A stretch of DNA of 64,000 nt from Planctomycetota bacterium (lineage in GTDB: Bacteria; Planctomycetota; UBA1135; UBA2386), in NCBI GenBank assembly GCA_016235155.1, contig JACRLW010000103.1:8066-72065 (forward strand). The letters run 5' to 3'. Positions 43,022-52,935 of the stretch are shown here, one piece after another. The notes beneath the pieces were generated by a model that worked only from the letters and a program-made list of their open reading frames with translations, was not told the origin of the DNA and did no database searches. Numbering within the stretch: position 1 is the first letter of the stretch; each line of letters begins with the position of its first letter. The position numbers were made by a program, and so were the translations under genes.

Positions 43022-43137
43022 CGGGTCGCAGCGTCGACGCTACCGCGTCGACCAATCGGCCTCGACCGCTCTACCTGCTGGGGTTCTCCGGCCCGCGAAT
43101 CCTCGCGTGCCGCGCGGATTCGCCAGCCTACAAACCC

Positions 43138-43380
43138 ATGAACGCACCACAGAACCCGACTCCGACGACGGCCCGCAAAGACGGGCCTTTCTCCACCCAG
43201 ACGACGATGGCCGAGGTCCTGCGCCGCGACGCTTCGCTGCGCATGGTCCTGATGCGCTTCCACATCGGCGGCTGTTCCCACTGCGGCTTCGATCAGAACG
43301 ACTCGATCGAGCAGGTCGCGACCGACAACGGCGTGCCCGTCGCCGATCTGCTCGGCGCGCTCAACTCCTCCGTCCGCTGA
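43138..43380 (+). CDS. Small DUF1858-like CxxC protein
   Basis: TMAEVL...FHIGGCSHCGF...SIEQVA..NGV....LL..LN. Confidence 0.75.
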   Translation: MNAPQNPTPTTARKDGPFSTQTTMAEVLRRDASLRMVLMRFHIGGCSHCGFDQNDSIEQVATDNGVPVADLLGALNSSVR

Positions 43381-43483
43381 AGCAAGTCGCACGCGCGGTC
43401 CCGGCGCTTGATCGCCGGCCGCGCGTGCCCACAATTCCGCAGCTTCCAACTCCGATCAGGACTCCACCGACTTCGACACGCCG

Positions 43484-43813
43484 ATGGGAAACGTCAAGAA
43501 CCTCACCGACAGCGACTTCGACTCGACGATCAGCGGCGCCAAGCTCCCGCTTCTCATCGACTTCTCGGCGACCTGGTGCGGGCCGTGCAAGGCGCTCGCG
43601 CCGACGATCGACTCGGTCGCCGGGGACTACAAGGGTCGCCTCGAGGTCTACAAGGTCGACATCGACGAAGCCGAAGGCGCATCGACGCGCTTCGGCATCT
43701 CGAGCGTCCCGACCTGCGTGTTCCTGCGCGACGGCAAGGAAGTCGACCGGTTCATCGGCATGCTCGACGTCCGCTCGCTCAAGCAGCGCGTCGAGCGCGT
43801 GCTCGGCGGCTGA
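43484..43813 (+). CDS. trxA: Thioredoxin
   Basis: DFSATWCGPCK, ISSVPT. Confidence 0.95.
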   Translation: MGNVKNLTDSDFDSTISGAKLPLLIDFSATWCGPCKALAPTIDSVAGDYKGRLEVYKVDIDEAEGASTRFGISSVPTCVFLRDGKEVDRFIGMLDVRSLKQRVERVLGG

Positions 43814-44183
43814 GCGCCCAGAGGATCCCAAGTGACGCCGCGACGCCCAGCGTCGCCGACCAGACCCGCGAACGACGCTCCGCGACGACGAGCGGAGCGA
43901 CCAGGTCGACTCCCGCGACGCGCGCGCGGAGCGCGAAGCCGCCGGCGGCTTCCGCGACGAAGCTCAGCGTGCCCTGGGCATCGCTCGCGCCGAGCGATCG
44001 GCGCCGTGCCTTGCCGTCGGGCGCGGACTCCACGAGGTCCACGTCGACCCCGGCCAGCGGTCGCTCGCCGGCGTCGCGCACCGTCACCTGAACGGTCTCG
44101 CCTCGCTCGGCGACGGCCGGCCGCGGCTCGAGCGACTGGGGTCCGATCGCGGACACGACGCAGGCGGCGAGGATCGCGAGCAT
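43779..44183 (-). CDS. Hypothetical exported protein, Ig-like, C-terminal TM
   Basis: Fills the trxA-lipB gap; hydrophobic N-terminus, VTVRDA...SDAQG pattern, TM helix and basic tail. Confidence 0.55.
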   Translation of the reverse strand: MLAILAACVVSAIGPQSLEPRPAVAERGETVQVTVRDAGERPLAGVDVDLVESAPDGKARRRSLGASDAQGTLSFVAEAAGGFALRARVAGVDLVAPLVVAERRSRVWSATLGVAASLGILWALSRRARARRAA

Positions 44184-44817
44184 GAGCGAGGACGGCCGGA
44201 GCGACGAAGCGCGCGATGTGACGGCGATCGCCGTCGAGGATCTCGGCCGGTGCGCCTTCGCTCCGGTCCATCGCGCGATGCTCGACCTCGCCGGGAGCAT
44301 CCGGCGCGGCGAGAGCGGCGGCAAGGTCTGGCTGGTCGAGCACGACCCGGTGCTCACCGCGGGGCGCGCGACGCAAGCGGACGAGATCACCGGCGACGTC
44401 GTGTCGATCGAGCGCGGCGGACGCGTGACCTGGCACGGCCCCGGCCAGCTCGTCGTCTACCCGATCGTGCGCCTGCCCGAGCGCGACGCCGGCGCGTGGC
44501 TGCGCGCGCTCGAGCGTTTCGGCGTCGACGTGTGCGACTCGTTCGGACTCGCCGCCGTTGCGTCCGAGGACGGCACCGGCGTGTTCGTGGGCGGCAAGAA
44601 GCTCGCTTCGATCGGCGTCGCGCTGCGGCACTGGATCAACCTGCACGGGATCGCGATCAACGTCGACGTCGCGCCCGACGCCTTCGCCGGCATCCGCCCC
44701 TGCGGCCGCTCGCCCGAACTGATGTCCGACCTCTCGCGCGCGCTCGCGCGACGCGTCACGCTCGACGAGTGCAAGGCCGCGGCGCGCAAGGCGCTGCCAC
44801 GACTGCTCGGTCGCTGA
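44182..44817 (+). CDS. lipB: Octanoyltransferase
   Basis: LVEHDPVLTAG, RGGRVTWHGPGQLVVYPI, KLASIG, HGIAIN, PCG. Confidence 0.95.
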   Translation: MSEDGRSDEARDVTAIAVEDLGRCAFAPVHRAMLDLAGSIRRGESGGKVWLVEHDPVLTAGRATQADEITGDVVSIERGGRVTWHGPGQLVVYPIVRLPERDAGAWLRALERFGVDVCDSFGLAAVASEDGTGVFVGGKKLASIGVALRHWINLHGIAINVDVAPDAFAGIRPCGRSPELMSDLSRALARRVTLDECKAAARKALPRLLGR

Positions 44818-44851
44818 ATCGGCCTCTCGCGCCGCTACGATCCGCCCCCTC

Positions 44852-46522
44852 ATGAGCGGCAGGATCGAGCTCGACCGCGACGGCCGGACCCTTTTGGTCA
44901 CGTTCGCCTACGACAAGTACCTCGTCGATGAGGTCAAGGCGCTGGCCGGTCGCCGCTGGGATCCGGGTCGCAAGGCCTGGACGTTCCCGATCGAGCGCGC
45001 CGAGGCCGTCATCACGTCGCTCATGCGGCACGGCTTCTACATCGACACCGACGTCACCGCCGTGCTCGCCGGCACGCAGGCCACGCCGCCGCCGGCGCCC
45101 GAGCTGAACGGCGCGAACGCCGTGGCCGAGCCGGCGCCCAAGCCGATGACCCGCGGCAAGCCGGCGCCGACCCCGGCGAGGATCACGACCGCGACGCCGT
45201 CCGGCGAGTGGCGCGTGGCCGAGCTCAACGAGCGGGTGCGCGCCGCGTTGACGCAGACCTTCCCCGAGCGGGTCAAGGTCATCGGCGAGATCAGCAACCT
45301 CGACAAGAACCGCGAGCGCAAGCACCTGTTCTTCTCGCTGGTCGAGAAGGAGCCAGGCGGCGGCAAGATCCTCGCCAACGTCGACGTCGCGCTGTTCGAG
45401 CGCACCGCCCAGCGGCTGATCCCGTCCCTCGAGCGCGCCGGGCTCACGCTGCGCGACGGCATCGAGATCCTCGTCGAGGCGAAGGTAGACCTCTATCCGC
45501 AGACCGGTCGCTATCAGCTCGTCATCGAGTACATCAAGCCCGAGTTCACGTTGGGCCAGATGGCGCTCTCGCGCGAGCAGATCCTGCGCGAGCTGCGCGC
45601 GGCGGGACTCGAGCGGCGCAACGCGGAGCTCGTGCTGCCGATCCCCGCGATGCGGATCGGCGTGCTCACGAGTCCCGACTCCGACGGTTGGAACGACTTC
45701 CTGCAGGAGATCAAGGCCTCGAAGATCGGCTTCTCGGTCGAGTTGTTCCCCGTCCGCGTGCAGGGCGAGGAACTCGAGCCGACCATGCTGCGCGGCCTGA
45801 AGTGGTTCGCGCGCCATGCCGAACGCTTCGACGTGCTCTGCATCGTGCGCGGCGGCGGTTCGCGCACCGATCTCGCGTGGTTCGACGACAAGGCGGTCGC
45901 CTTCGCCGTCGCGCAGCACCCGCTCAAGGTCCTGGTCGGCATCGGCCACGAGCGCGACCGCAGCGTGCTCGACGAGATCGCGCATCCGCTGAAGACCCCG
46001 ACCGCCGTCGCCGCGTTCCTCGTCGAGCGCTGGCACGCGACGTTCGACGAACTGCACGACGTCACGCGCCAGCTCGCCGACGCCGCGCGCAAGGTGATCG
46101 CCGTCGAGCACCAGGCCCTGGCGTCGCGCGGGCACGCGCTCCTGCGCGGGGTCCACGTGCGTTTCGCCACCGCGCGCCATGGGTTGGCGGCGACCGCCGC
46201 GCGGATCGCACGCAGCACGCAGACCCTGCTGCGCGATCACGACCGGCGCATCGCTCGTTCGACGGAGCAACTCGTCGTCCGCGGGACGAACCGCTTCGAA
46301 CGCGCGCGCGCCTGGCTCGACGCCTCGGCGACCCGCCAACGCCTCCTCGATCCGAAGCGCGTCCTGCAGCGCGGCTACGCCATGCTCCGCGACGTCAAGC
46401 GCGGCCGCGTCCTCACCGACGTCGGCAAGCTCTCGCCCGGCCTCGAGGTCGACCTCCTCCTCCGCGACGGCGAAGCGCGCGCGCGCGTCGAGTCCGTCCG
46501 CCCGAACCCGCAACCAGACTGA
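44852..46522 (+). CDS. xseA: Exonuclease VII large subunit with extra N-terminal HARP-like domain
   Basis: GEISN..HLFFSL, VQG, RGGGS..DL..F, GIGHERD, TPTA, VLQRGYA. Confidence 0.93.
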   Translation: MSGRIELDRDGRTLLVTFAYDKYLVDEVKALAGRRWDPGRKAWTFPIERAEAVITSLMRHGFYIDTDVTAVLAGTQATPPPAPELNGANAVAEPAPKPMTRGKPAPTPARITTATPSGEWRVAELNERVRAALTQTFPERVKVIGEISNLDKNRERKHLFFSLVEKEPGGGKILANVDVALFERTAQRLIPSLERAGLTLRDGIEILVEAKVDLYPQTGRYQLVIEYIKPEFTLGQMALSREQILRELRAAGLERRNAELVLPIPAMRIGVLTSPDSDGWNDFLQEIKASKIGFSVELFPVRVQGEELEPTMLRGLKWFARHAERFDVLCIVRGGGSRTDLAWFDDKAVAFAVAQHPLKVLVGIGHERDRSVLDEIAHPLKTPTAVAAFLVERWHATFDELHDVTRQLADAARKVIAVEHQALASRGHALLRGVHVRFATARHGLAATAARIARSTQTLLRDHDRRIARSTEQLVVRGTNRFERARAWLDASATRQRLLDPKRVLQRGYAMLRDVKRGRVLTDVGKLSPGLEVDLLLRDGEARARVESVRPNPQPD

Positions 46523-46532
46523 TCCGATCCCC

Positions 46533-46790
46533 ATGGCCGCAGCGAAGAAGAAGCCCGAGTCGGGCAACTACACCGAAGCCGCGACGGAGCTCGAGTCCAT
46601 CCTCGACGAGATCGAGAACGGCAGCGCCGACATCGACGTGCTCGGCGAGAAGGTCGAACGCGCGGCGGCGTTGATCCGCCAGTGCCGCGAGACCCTCGCC
46701 GGGACCGAACTCCGCGTGAAGAAGGTCGTCGACGAACTCAGCGCCGCCGGCGGCGACGCGTCGGACGACGGCGACTCCGACGAGGAGTGA
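46533..46790 (+). CDS. xseB: Exonuclease VII small subunit
   Basis: YTEAATELESILDEIENG...LIRQCRETL; directly after xseA. Confidence 0.9.
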   Translation: MAAAKKKPESGNYTEAATELESILDEIENGSADIDVLGEKVERAAALIRQCRETLAGTELRVKKVVDELSAAGGDASDDGDSDEE

Positions 46791-46807
46791 TCGGCGCCGC
46801 GGCGACC

Positions 46808-47497
46808 ATGGACTACCAGCAGATCGTCCTCCTCTACGGCGTGCTCCTCGTGAGCCTCGTGGTCCACGAGGCCTCGCACGCGCTCTTCGCGCTCTGGGGC
46901 GGCGATCGCACCGCCTACGTCGGCGGCCAGGTCTCGCTCAATCCGATCCCTCACATCCAGCGCGAGCCCTTCGGCACCGTCATCCTGCCCCTGCTCGTCC
47001 TCTTCATGAGCAAGGGCACGATGATCCTCGGCTACGCGCACATCCCGGTCGACCCGGTCTGGGCAGAGCGCTATCCGAAGCGCGCGGCGCTGATGTCGGC
47101 GGCGGGACCGCTCGCGAACTTCGCGATCTGCGCGGTCGCGTTCGTCGGGTTGAAGACGCTGTGTTGGACCGGCCTCACCGACGCGTGGCCCGCGGGCAGC
47201 GGTCTTCTCGGCCCCTTCGTCACGCCCGTCGACATCACGAACGACTACGTCTACGGGGCCGCGCGGGTCGGATCGGCGTTCCTCACGCTCAACCTGCTGC
47301 TCGGGATCTTCAACCTCTTCCCCTGGCCGCCGCTCGACGGCGCGGGCGTCCTCGGCGGGCTCTCGCGCCCACTGGGCACCTTCTATGCGTTCGCGCGCAC
47401 GCAGCCGATCCTGATGCTCATCGGCATCGTCGCGGTGTGGCGCCTGATTCCGTACGCGTTCGAGCCGGTGGTGGTGCGTGTGCTGAACTGGCTGTGA
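46808..47497 (+). CDS. Site-2 protease (M50)
   Basis: HEASH, AGPLAN, FNLFPWPPLDG. Confidence 0.93.
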   Translation: MDYQQIVLLYGVLLVSLVVHEASHALFALWGGDRTAYVGGQVSLNPIPHIQREPFGTVILPLLVLFMSKGTMILGYAHIPVDPVWAERYPKRAALMSAAGPLANFAICAVAFVGLKTLCWTGLTDAWPAGSGLLGPFVTPVDITNDYVYGAARVGSAFLTLNLLLGIFNLFPWPPLDGAGVLGGLSRPLGTFYAFARTQPILMLIGIVAVWRLIPYAFEPVVVRVLNWL

Positions 47498-47504
47498 CGA
47501 CCGC

Positions 47505-49604
47505 TCAGCGCGGGGCAACCCGCACGAACCCCCCAGCACCATCCCAGCGCCACGACTCGCGGTGTGCACCCCACACGACGGTGCAAAGGAGCGCCCCACC
47601 CTCTTCGCGGCATTCCAGGTCCGTGACATCGCTCGCGTGATCGGCGGTGCCGGCCTGGAGCACGCCGGCGAAGACCACGCCGGCACCACGCCGCTCCAGA
47701 GCGACGAAGGGTGCCCGGTCGTCCACGGATTGCAGCGGTCCGGTGCCGAGCCGCAACCGCGTGGGTCCACCGGCCGCGACCAAGAGCGTCGTCGTGACCT
47801 TGCCCCCGCCGAAGTCGACCGAAGCCCCGCTCCCGGTCTCGCCCTGCGCGAGCCATTCCACGAACTCCTCGCCCTGCAGTCCGACCTCGCCGGCGACCTC
47901 GTCGACCGCGAGCGCGCAGCGCACGTCCGGACCGCGGTCGTGGTAGATCCAGTCGAAGCGGTGCTCGCTCTCGCTTCTCAGCCGGTCGAGCACCAGGACG
48001 TAGCGATCCGTGAGACACAGGCAACGCGCGTGCTCGACGCCCGGATAGGCATCGATCGTCTTCGCCGCCACCGCGACGAAGTCCTCCGCGTCGACGAAGC
48101 CCAGCAATTCGCCGCCGCTCTCGTGCTGCGGCCGGCCGTCGACGACGACCGTGTTGTGCGCGAGTGTCGTCCGGTACCAGCCGCCGTGGATGGGAAGCCG
48201 GTAGGCTTGGCTCTTCGCACGCCCCGGGTCGACGCCACGCTCCTCCCCGAACGCAAACCAGACGAAGGACAGCCGATCGAAGTGGTCGTGGAAGCCGCCG
48301 AACGGAGCAAAGGTCACCAGCGCCGACATCCGCGCCGCCCCACCGCGGCGCAGGATCGCGTGCCCCGACGCGCGCAGCACCTCACTCCGGAGCACGCCCT
48401 CCGGTACGGACTGGCCGGGGTCGCGCCCGAAGCGGATCGACTCGAAACTCGGCTCGGCCGACAGCACGACCCCAAGGCGCGCGTCGCGGGTCGCCGCAAG
48501 AGCCGCCTCGAGCGACGCTGCCGCGCCCTGCGGCGAGCTGTCGACGTCGTCGCCGAGCCGCGGCAGCCGCCCGTTTGCCATCACGTAGCGGGCGGGCAGC
48601 GCGCACATCGCGCGCAGACTCGGATGCGCGAACAGGTCGACCCCCATGAGCCGCGCGGCATCGGCATGCGCACACAGCGCGGCCAGCGTGTAGTTGTGGT
48701 AGCCGAACGAGTTCTCGTACCACATCCCGTCGGCCGACACGGACGCCCCCATCTGGAACAGGAAGCCGTGCCGTGGATCGAGCACCGATCGGCGCAACCA
48801 GTCCGCGTCGCCGAGCAGCACGCCGGCGCTGAACATCGCCGCGTTGTGCCAGCTCTGCCAGTTGCTCTTGCCGCGACGACACTTGGCGATGTTCGCCACC
48901 ATCGGCCGCACGAGGTTCCCGAGCGCGTGCTCGCGCTGCGCCGCGTCGAGCGAGTGCCAGATCAAGTCGATCACCGGTGCGATGTCGCGCACGAGCATCG
49001 ATGCCTCGGACAGGGTCTGCTCCATCAGATGGCCGCCGCTGTCGAGACGCCGCGTCGGGTCCGCGGCGTTGCTGTGGTAGGGATAGCCCTCGTAGCGGTC
49101 GGCATAGCCGAGCACGACCGTCGCAGCGTCGGCCGCGAACGCCGTCTCGCCGCTCAACGCGAACGCCCACGCGGCCTCGCGCGCGCGGCGGAGATTCTCG
49201 GAGTGGCGGCGGCTGAACACGACGTCGTCGTACGGCGGCCCGCTGTAGACCTCAGCGCAGCCGGGGCAGCGGTGGTGCGAGTCGTCGACGGTGGTCAGCG
49301 CGCGCTGGCAGGCGTCGCACTGGTACCACTGGTTGTGCTGACCGCCGCGCGGCGGGAACCCGACCGGAGTGCCGAGGCGGGCTCTTGCAGCGTCGACGAC
49401 CGAGCGCAGCGGTGCTGCGCCGCGGCCGAAGCCGGCGCGCAGGTTCGCGAGTTCAGCAGCGCTGCAGGCCAGGATCGGCGCGTCGTGGCGAACCGGCGGG
49501 ATCAGGTCGGCCGCGGTCGGCGGGTGCCAGTCCTGGGCAAACGCCGAGGAGAACAGCGAGACCGCGGCGAAGGCGGCAGCGCGAGTCCATTGCATGCTCA
49601 GCAT
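47505..49604 (-). CDS. Secreted heparinase II/III-like (alginate-lyase-type) polysaccharide lyase
   Basis: SNWQSWHN, GMWYE...YHNY, HDHFDRLS, AHNTVVVDG; signal peptide. Confidence 0.85.
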   Translation of the reverse strand: MLSMQWTRAAAFAAVSLFSSAFAQDWHPPTAADLIPPVRHDAPILACSAAELANLRAGFGRGAAPLRSVVDAARARLGTPVGFPPRGGQHNQWYQCDACQRALTTVDDSHHRCPGCAEVYSGPPYDDVVFSRRHSENLRRAREAAWAFALSGETAFAADAATVVLGYADRYEGYPYHSNAADPTRRLDSGGHLMEQTLSEASMLVRDIAPVIDLIWHSLDAAQREHALGNLVRPMVANIAKCRRGKSNWQSWHNAAMFSAGVLLGDADWLRRSVLDPRHGFLFQMGASVSADGMWYENSFGYHNYTLAALCAHADAARLMGVDLFAHPSLRAMCALPARYVMANGRLPRLGDDVDSSPQGAAASLEAALAATRDARLGVVLSAEPSFESIRFGRDPGQSVPEGVLRSEVLRASGHAILRRGGAARMSALVTFAPFGGFHDHFDRLSFVWFAFGEERGVDPGRAKSQAYRLPIHGGWYRTTLAHNTVVVDGRPQHESGGELLGFVDAEDFVAVAAKTIDAYPGVEHARCLCLTDRYVLVLDRLRSESEHRFDWIYHDRGPDVRCALAVDEVAGEVGLQGEEFVEWLAQGETGSGASVDFGGGKVTTTLLVAAGGPTRLRLGTGPLQSVDDRAPFVALERRGAGVVFAGVLQAGTADHASDVTDLECREEGGALLCTVVWGAHRESWRWDGAGGFVRVAPR

Positions 49605-49861
49605 GATCGCGTGCGCTCGCGGCGACGACCAAGTGCCGGTCCTCCCGCCTGCGGGGCCAGGGATCCGTGCCGGGTCCGTGTCGGTCGGGTCCGAACTGCG
49701 GCCGGATCTCGCCCTTTGGATTCCGCGTGCGGGTGGAGTGCTGGCCCTCCTTGGTGTCCGTCGCGGAGCAGCCGTCGGCCCTCATCTCGAGAGAAGCCTC
49801 GCCGGCTTCGTCGCCCCAGCTTCCGACCGCTGAGGCTCCGCGAAATGCGTCGGACGAGCAG

Positions 49862-51592
49862 TCACTTCGCGCGCAGCTCGAACTCCTCGATCGTCGGGCC
49901 TTCGCTCGCGTCGAGGATCCGCAGACGGAAGCGGCGGGCCAGCACGGGATCGAAGGTCTGTTCCCAATGCGGACCGATCGTCGTGCCCTTGTGCAGGGTG
50001 CGCCAGACGCCGTCGAGATCCGCTTGGAGTTCGAAGGCGCGCACGCGCTCGCCGCCCTCGCCCCACTCGGCAATGCGCGCGACGCGGATCCGCACGGGCG
50101 CGGGGAACACGACATCGAGCGTCGCCTGCTCCGTCCCGCGGTCCGTCGCCCAGCGGGTGTCGGGATCGCCGTCGATGGCCCGGTCGGCCCCGTATGCCGC
50201 CGCGCGCTCGTAGACATTCGTCGCGGTCGCCACGACCCCGGCCATCGGCCGCGGCCAGTCGATCGGCGCCAACTCCATTGCGGGACCGTCGAGGTCGAGC
50301 CGCACCAGCGTGTCGAGTTCCTTCCGATCCGCGGGCGACACTCTCAAGACGACGCCGTCGGCGTGCTGTTCCACCTCGACCTCGCCCCCGGTGAGCAGGG
50401 CGCTGCCGGTGATGCGACGCGCGATTGGCGGCAGGGTGACCACCTCGTCGCGCCAGCGCAGCACGTGCACGAAGACGCTGCGGTCCTTCCGCGTGGTGAC
50501 GACGTCGCGCGCCGGCAACCACGGCCCGCCGCGCGTGCCATGGACGCTCTCGCCGTACGACGCGAGCCAGGCACCGATCTCGGCGAGCCGTTCCTGCTGC
50601 CGGGGTTCGATGCGGCCGTCGGGCATCGGGCCGACGTTCAACAGCAGGTTGCCGTCGCCGCCCGCACAGCGCAGCAAGGTGTGCAGGCACTCCGGCAGCG
50701 ACTTCAATCCGTCGGCGGGCTTCCACGCCCATTGACTGCAGATCGTGATGCAGCTCTCCCACGGCCGCTGATCCTGGTACTTGCCGATCGCCTGCTCCGG
50801 CGTGTCGTAATCGCCAGCGTTGCCGAGGCTCTGCCGCGACGTGCCGCCCATGCCCTGCCGCGCCTTGCTCACGCGGTTGTTGACGATCACCGAGTCTTGC
50901 AGCGATCGGCAGTAGCGGTACAGCGCGTCGCCGCGTTCGCGCGTCCACGGTTCCTCCCATTCGCCGTCGAACCAGACCAGGCCGAGCGGGCCGCAGCGCG
51001 TGAACAGCTCTTGCAGTTGGCCCCGCAGGTAACTCTCGTAGCGCGCCATGTCGGGGTTCGGCTTCTTGCTCCGGCCGCCGGGACTCCCGAGCGGGTAGTC
51101 GGGGTGGTGCCAATCGCAGATCGAGTGGTAGGCGCAGAACACGAGGCCCTGCGCGCGGCAAGCCTCGGCGAGCTCCTTGGCGACGTCGCGCCGGAACGGC
51201 GTGTGCGCGATCGAGTGATCGGTCAGCGCGCTGTCCCACAGACAGAACCCGTCGTGGTGCTTCGTCGTCAGCACGACGTACTTCATGCCGGCGTTCGCGG
51301 CGACCTTCGCCCAGGCCGCGGCATCGAACTGCCGCGGGTCGAAGCGCTCGTGGAGCTGGTCGTACTCGGCAATGGGCACCTGTGCGCCACGCGACCAACC
51401 GATCTCCGTTCCCGCGAGGCTGACCGGCCCCCAATGCACGAACAGGCCGAAGCGCGCTTCGGCCCACCATTGCAAGCGTGACTCGTAGGGGCGCGGTCCC
51501 GCGTCGGGAGCTCGGGTCGGGGACTGTGCCGGCGCGGTGGCGACGCCGAGCAGGGCGAGGGCGAGAACGACACTGGAGAGCGAAGGACGCAT
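49862..51592 (-). CDS. Alpha-L-fucosidase (GH29) with F5/8-type CBM
   Basis: RFGLFVHWG, TTKHHDGFCLW, WFDG, LLNVGP; AIDGDPDTRW. Confidence 0.95.
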   Translation of the reverse strand: MRPSLSSVVLALALLGVATAPAQSPTRAPDAGPRPYESRLQWWAEARFGLFVHWGPVSLAGTEIGWSRGAQVPIAEYDQLHERFDPRQFDAAAWAKVAANAGMKYVVLTTKHHDGFCLWDSALTDHSIAHTPFRRDVAKELAEACRAQGLVFCAYHSICDWHHPDYPLGSPGGRSKKPNPDMARYESYLRGQLQELFTRCGPLGLVWFDGEWEEPWTRERGDALYRYCRSLQDSVIVNNRVSKARQGMGGTSRQSLGNAGDYDTPEQAIGKYQDQRPWESCITICSQWAWKPADGLKSLPECLHTLLRCAGGDGNLLLNVGPMPDGRIEPRQQERLAEIGAWLASYGESVHGTRGGPWLPARDVVTTRKDRSVFVHVLRWRDEVVTLPPIARRITGSALLTGGEVEVEQHADGVVLRVSPADRKELDTLVRLDLDGPAMELAPIDWPRPMAGVVATATNVYERAAAYGADRAIDGDPDTRWATDRGTEQATLDVVFPAPVRIRVARIAEWGEGGERVRAFELQADLDGVWRTLHKGTTIGPHWEQTFDPVLARRFRLRILDASEGPTIEEFELRAK

Positions 51593-51725
51593 GGGCTCTA
51601 CAGGGCTCGACCTCCGCAATCGGGCAACTGCGAACTCCGAGTCCGTCGGTGCTTCGCACCGGAGATACGCGTGTTTGTACGCATGAGCGCGCCAGACCGC
51701 CTGGCTTCAGTCCAAGTCGCGGCGT

Positions 51726-52859
51726 TCAGTACCCGATCGTCAGTTCGACGCCATTGCTACTCTCGGCGAAGCCGAGCAATGCGCCGCCCGGTCGGAGCGG
51801 GATCGCCTGCGCCGTGAGCACGCCGCCGGCAAGTCCGGGTTGCGCGGGCACGGTCAGGCCGAAGCTCCAGGACCCGGAGGAATCCGTCGACCCGGCCGTC
51901 AGGAGCACGGCGTTCGGCAAGTCGAGGTACAGCGTGCACGTGCCGATCGCCGTGGGCGTCGCGGCGCCGGGTGCGATGCCGAACACGACTGCCTGCAACG
52001 GGGCGGCGCCGCTCATCGTGAACGCGAGGTTCTGGCCGAGCGATGGTGCGTTCGACGCGAGCGACGGCGGCGTCACGCCGCAGCCGGTGCCGACGACGCG
52101 GGCGTCGGGCGACAGCGTGCCGTAGCTGCGGCCCGAACACGCCAGCAAGGTCGCGCCGGGCGTGAGGCACGCGAAACCGACGCGCGCGACGAGGTCGCAG
52201 GCGTAGGACGACGTCATGGGGGAACCACCCTGGATCGCCCGCGCGAAGAGCGACACGTTCAGCCGGCCATCGACGCTCAGCCGCGCGCCGACCTGCGTGT
52301 TCACGATCCCGGTGACGGCGCCCGCGGCATTGCTGATCACCAGGCTCGGCGCCGAACCGACCGACAACTGCGCGCGGTAGGACACGCCGGGCACGGGATC
52401 GATCACCTGCGCGAAACCGTCGAGCGTCAATGCGCAGCGGATCTGCACCGGAGTCCCGATCGGAAGGGTGCCCGAGACGACGCTGAGCTCGTCGCGGAAG
52501 TGCGCCTTCGGTTCGGCGCCGATCCACTCGTCGAGCCACAGGAAGACACCGATCCCGGACACGTTGTTCGCCAGGCCGGTGCCCGAGCAGCGCAGGAGTC
52601 CGTAGTCGGTGGTCGCCGTGCAGTCCCCCTGCGAACGGCAGCCGTAGGTGTTGGTGGTCGTGATCGTGTCGGAGGTCACGAGCGGGCCCGCGCTCAGCCA
52701 GCCGGTGTCGACGCGACGCTCGCCGCTCGGCGCGCCGCTCATCGACGTGACGATGCGAAAGTGGTTGCGGACGCCGCAGGACTGTGCGGCGACCTGATTC
52801 GAGTCGCCGATCGCCGTCGCGGTGAGGACGACGAGGATCGCGTTGCGAAGGCAGTGCAT
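51726..52859 (-). CDS. Secreted hypothetical protein with conserved C-terminal domain
   Basis: Signal peptide ending AA-Q; ends VPAQPGLAGGVLTAQ...SNGVELTIGY. Confidence 0.8.
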   Translation of the reverse strand: MHCLRNAILVVLTATAIGDSNQVAAQSCGVRNHFRIVTSMSGAPSGERRVDTGWLSAGPLVTSDTITTTNTYGCRSQGDCTATTDYGLLRCSGTGLANNVSGIGVFLWLDEWIGAEPKAHFRDELSVVSGTLPIGTPVQIRCALTLDGFAQVIDPVPGVSYRAQLSVGSAPSLVISNAAGAVTGIVNTQVGARLSVDGRLNVSLFARAIQGGSPMTSSYACDLVARVGFACLTPGATLLACSGRSYGTLSPDARVVGTGCGVTPPSLASNAPSLGQNLAFTMSGAAPLQAVVFGIAPGAATPTAIGTCTLYLDLPNAVLLTAGSTDSSGSWSFGLTVPAQPGLAGGVLTAQAIPLRPGGALLGFAESSNGVELTIGY

Positions 52860-52935
52860 GCCGCTTCCAGCGGCTCGTGTTCCGGAACCACACGCCGCCC
52901 GCGGGACGAAAGCCCCGCGGGCGAACACCGGGACC

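Noticed and set aside
44181..44184. Divergent start codons sharing one CATG (lipB and the opposite-strand ORF)
   Set aside because: Both starts are uncertain; lipB may begin at GTG 44218.
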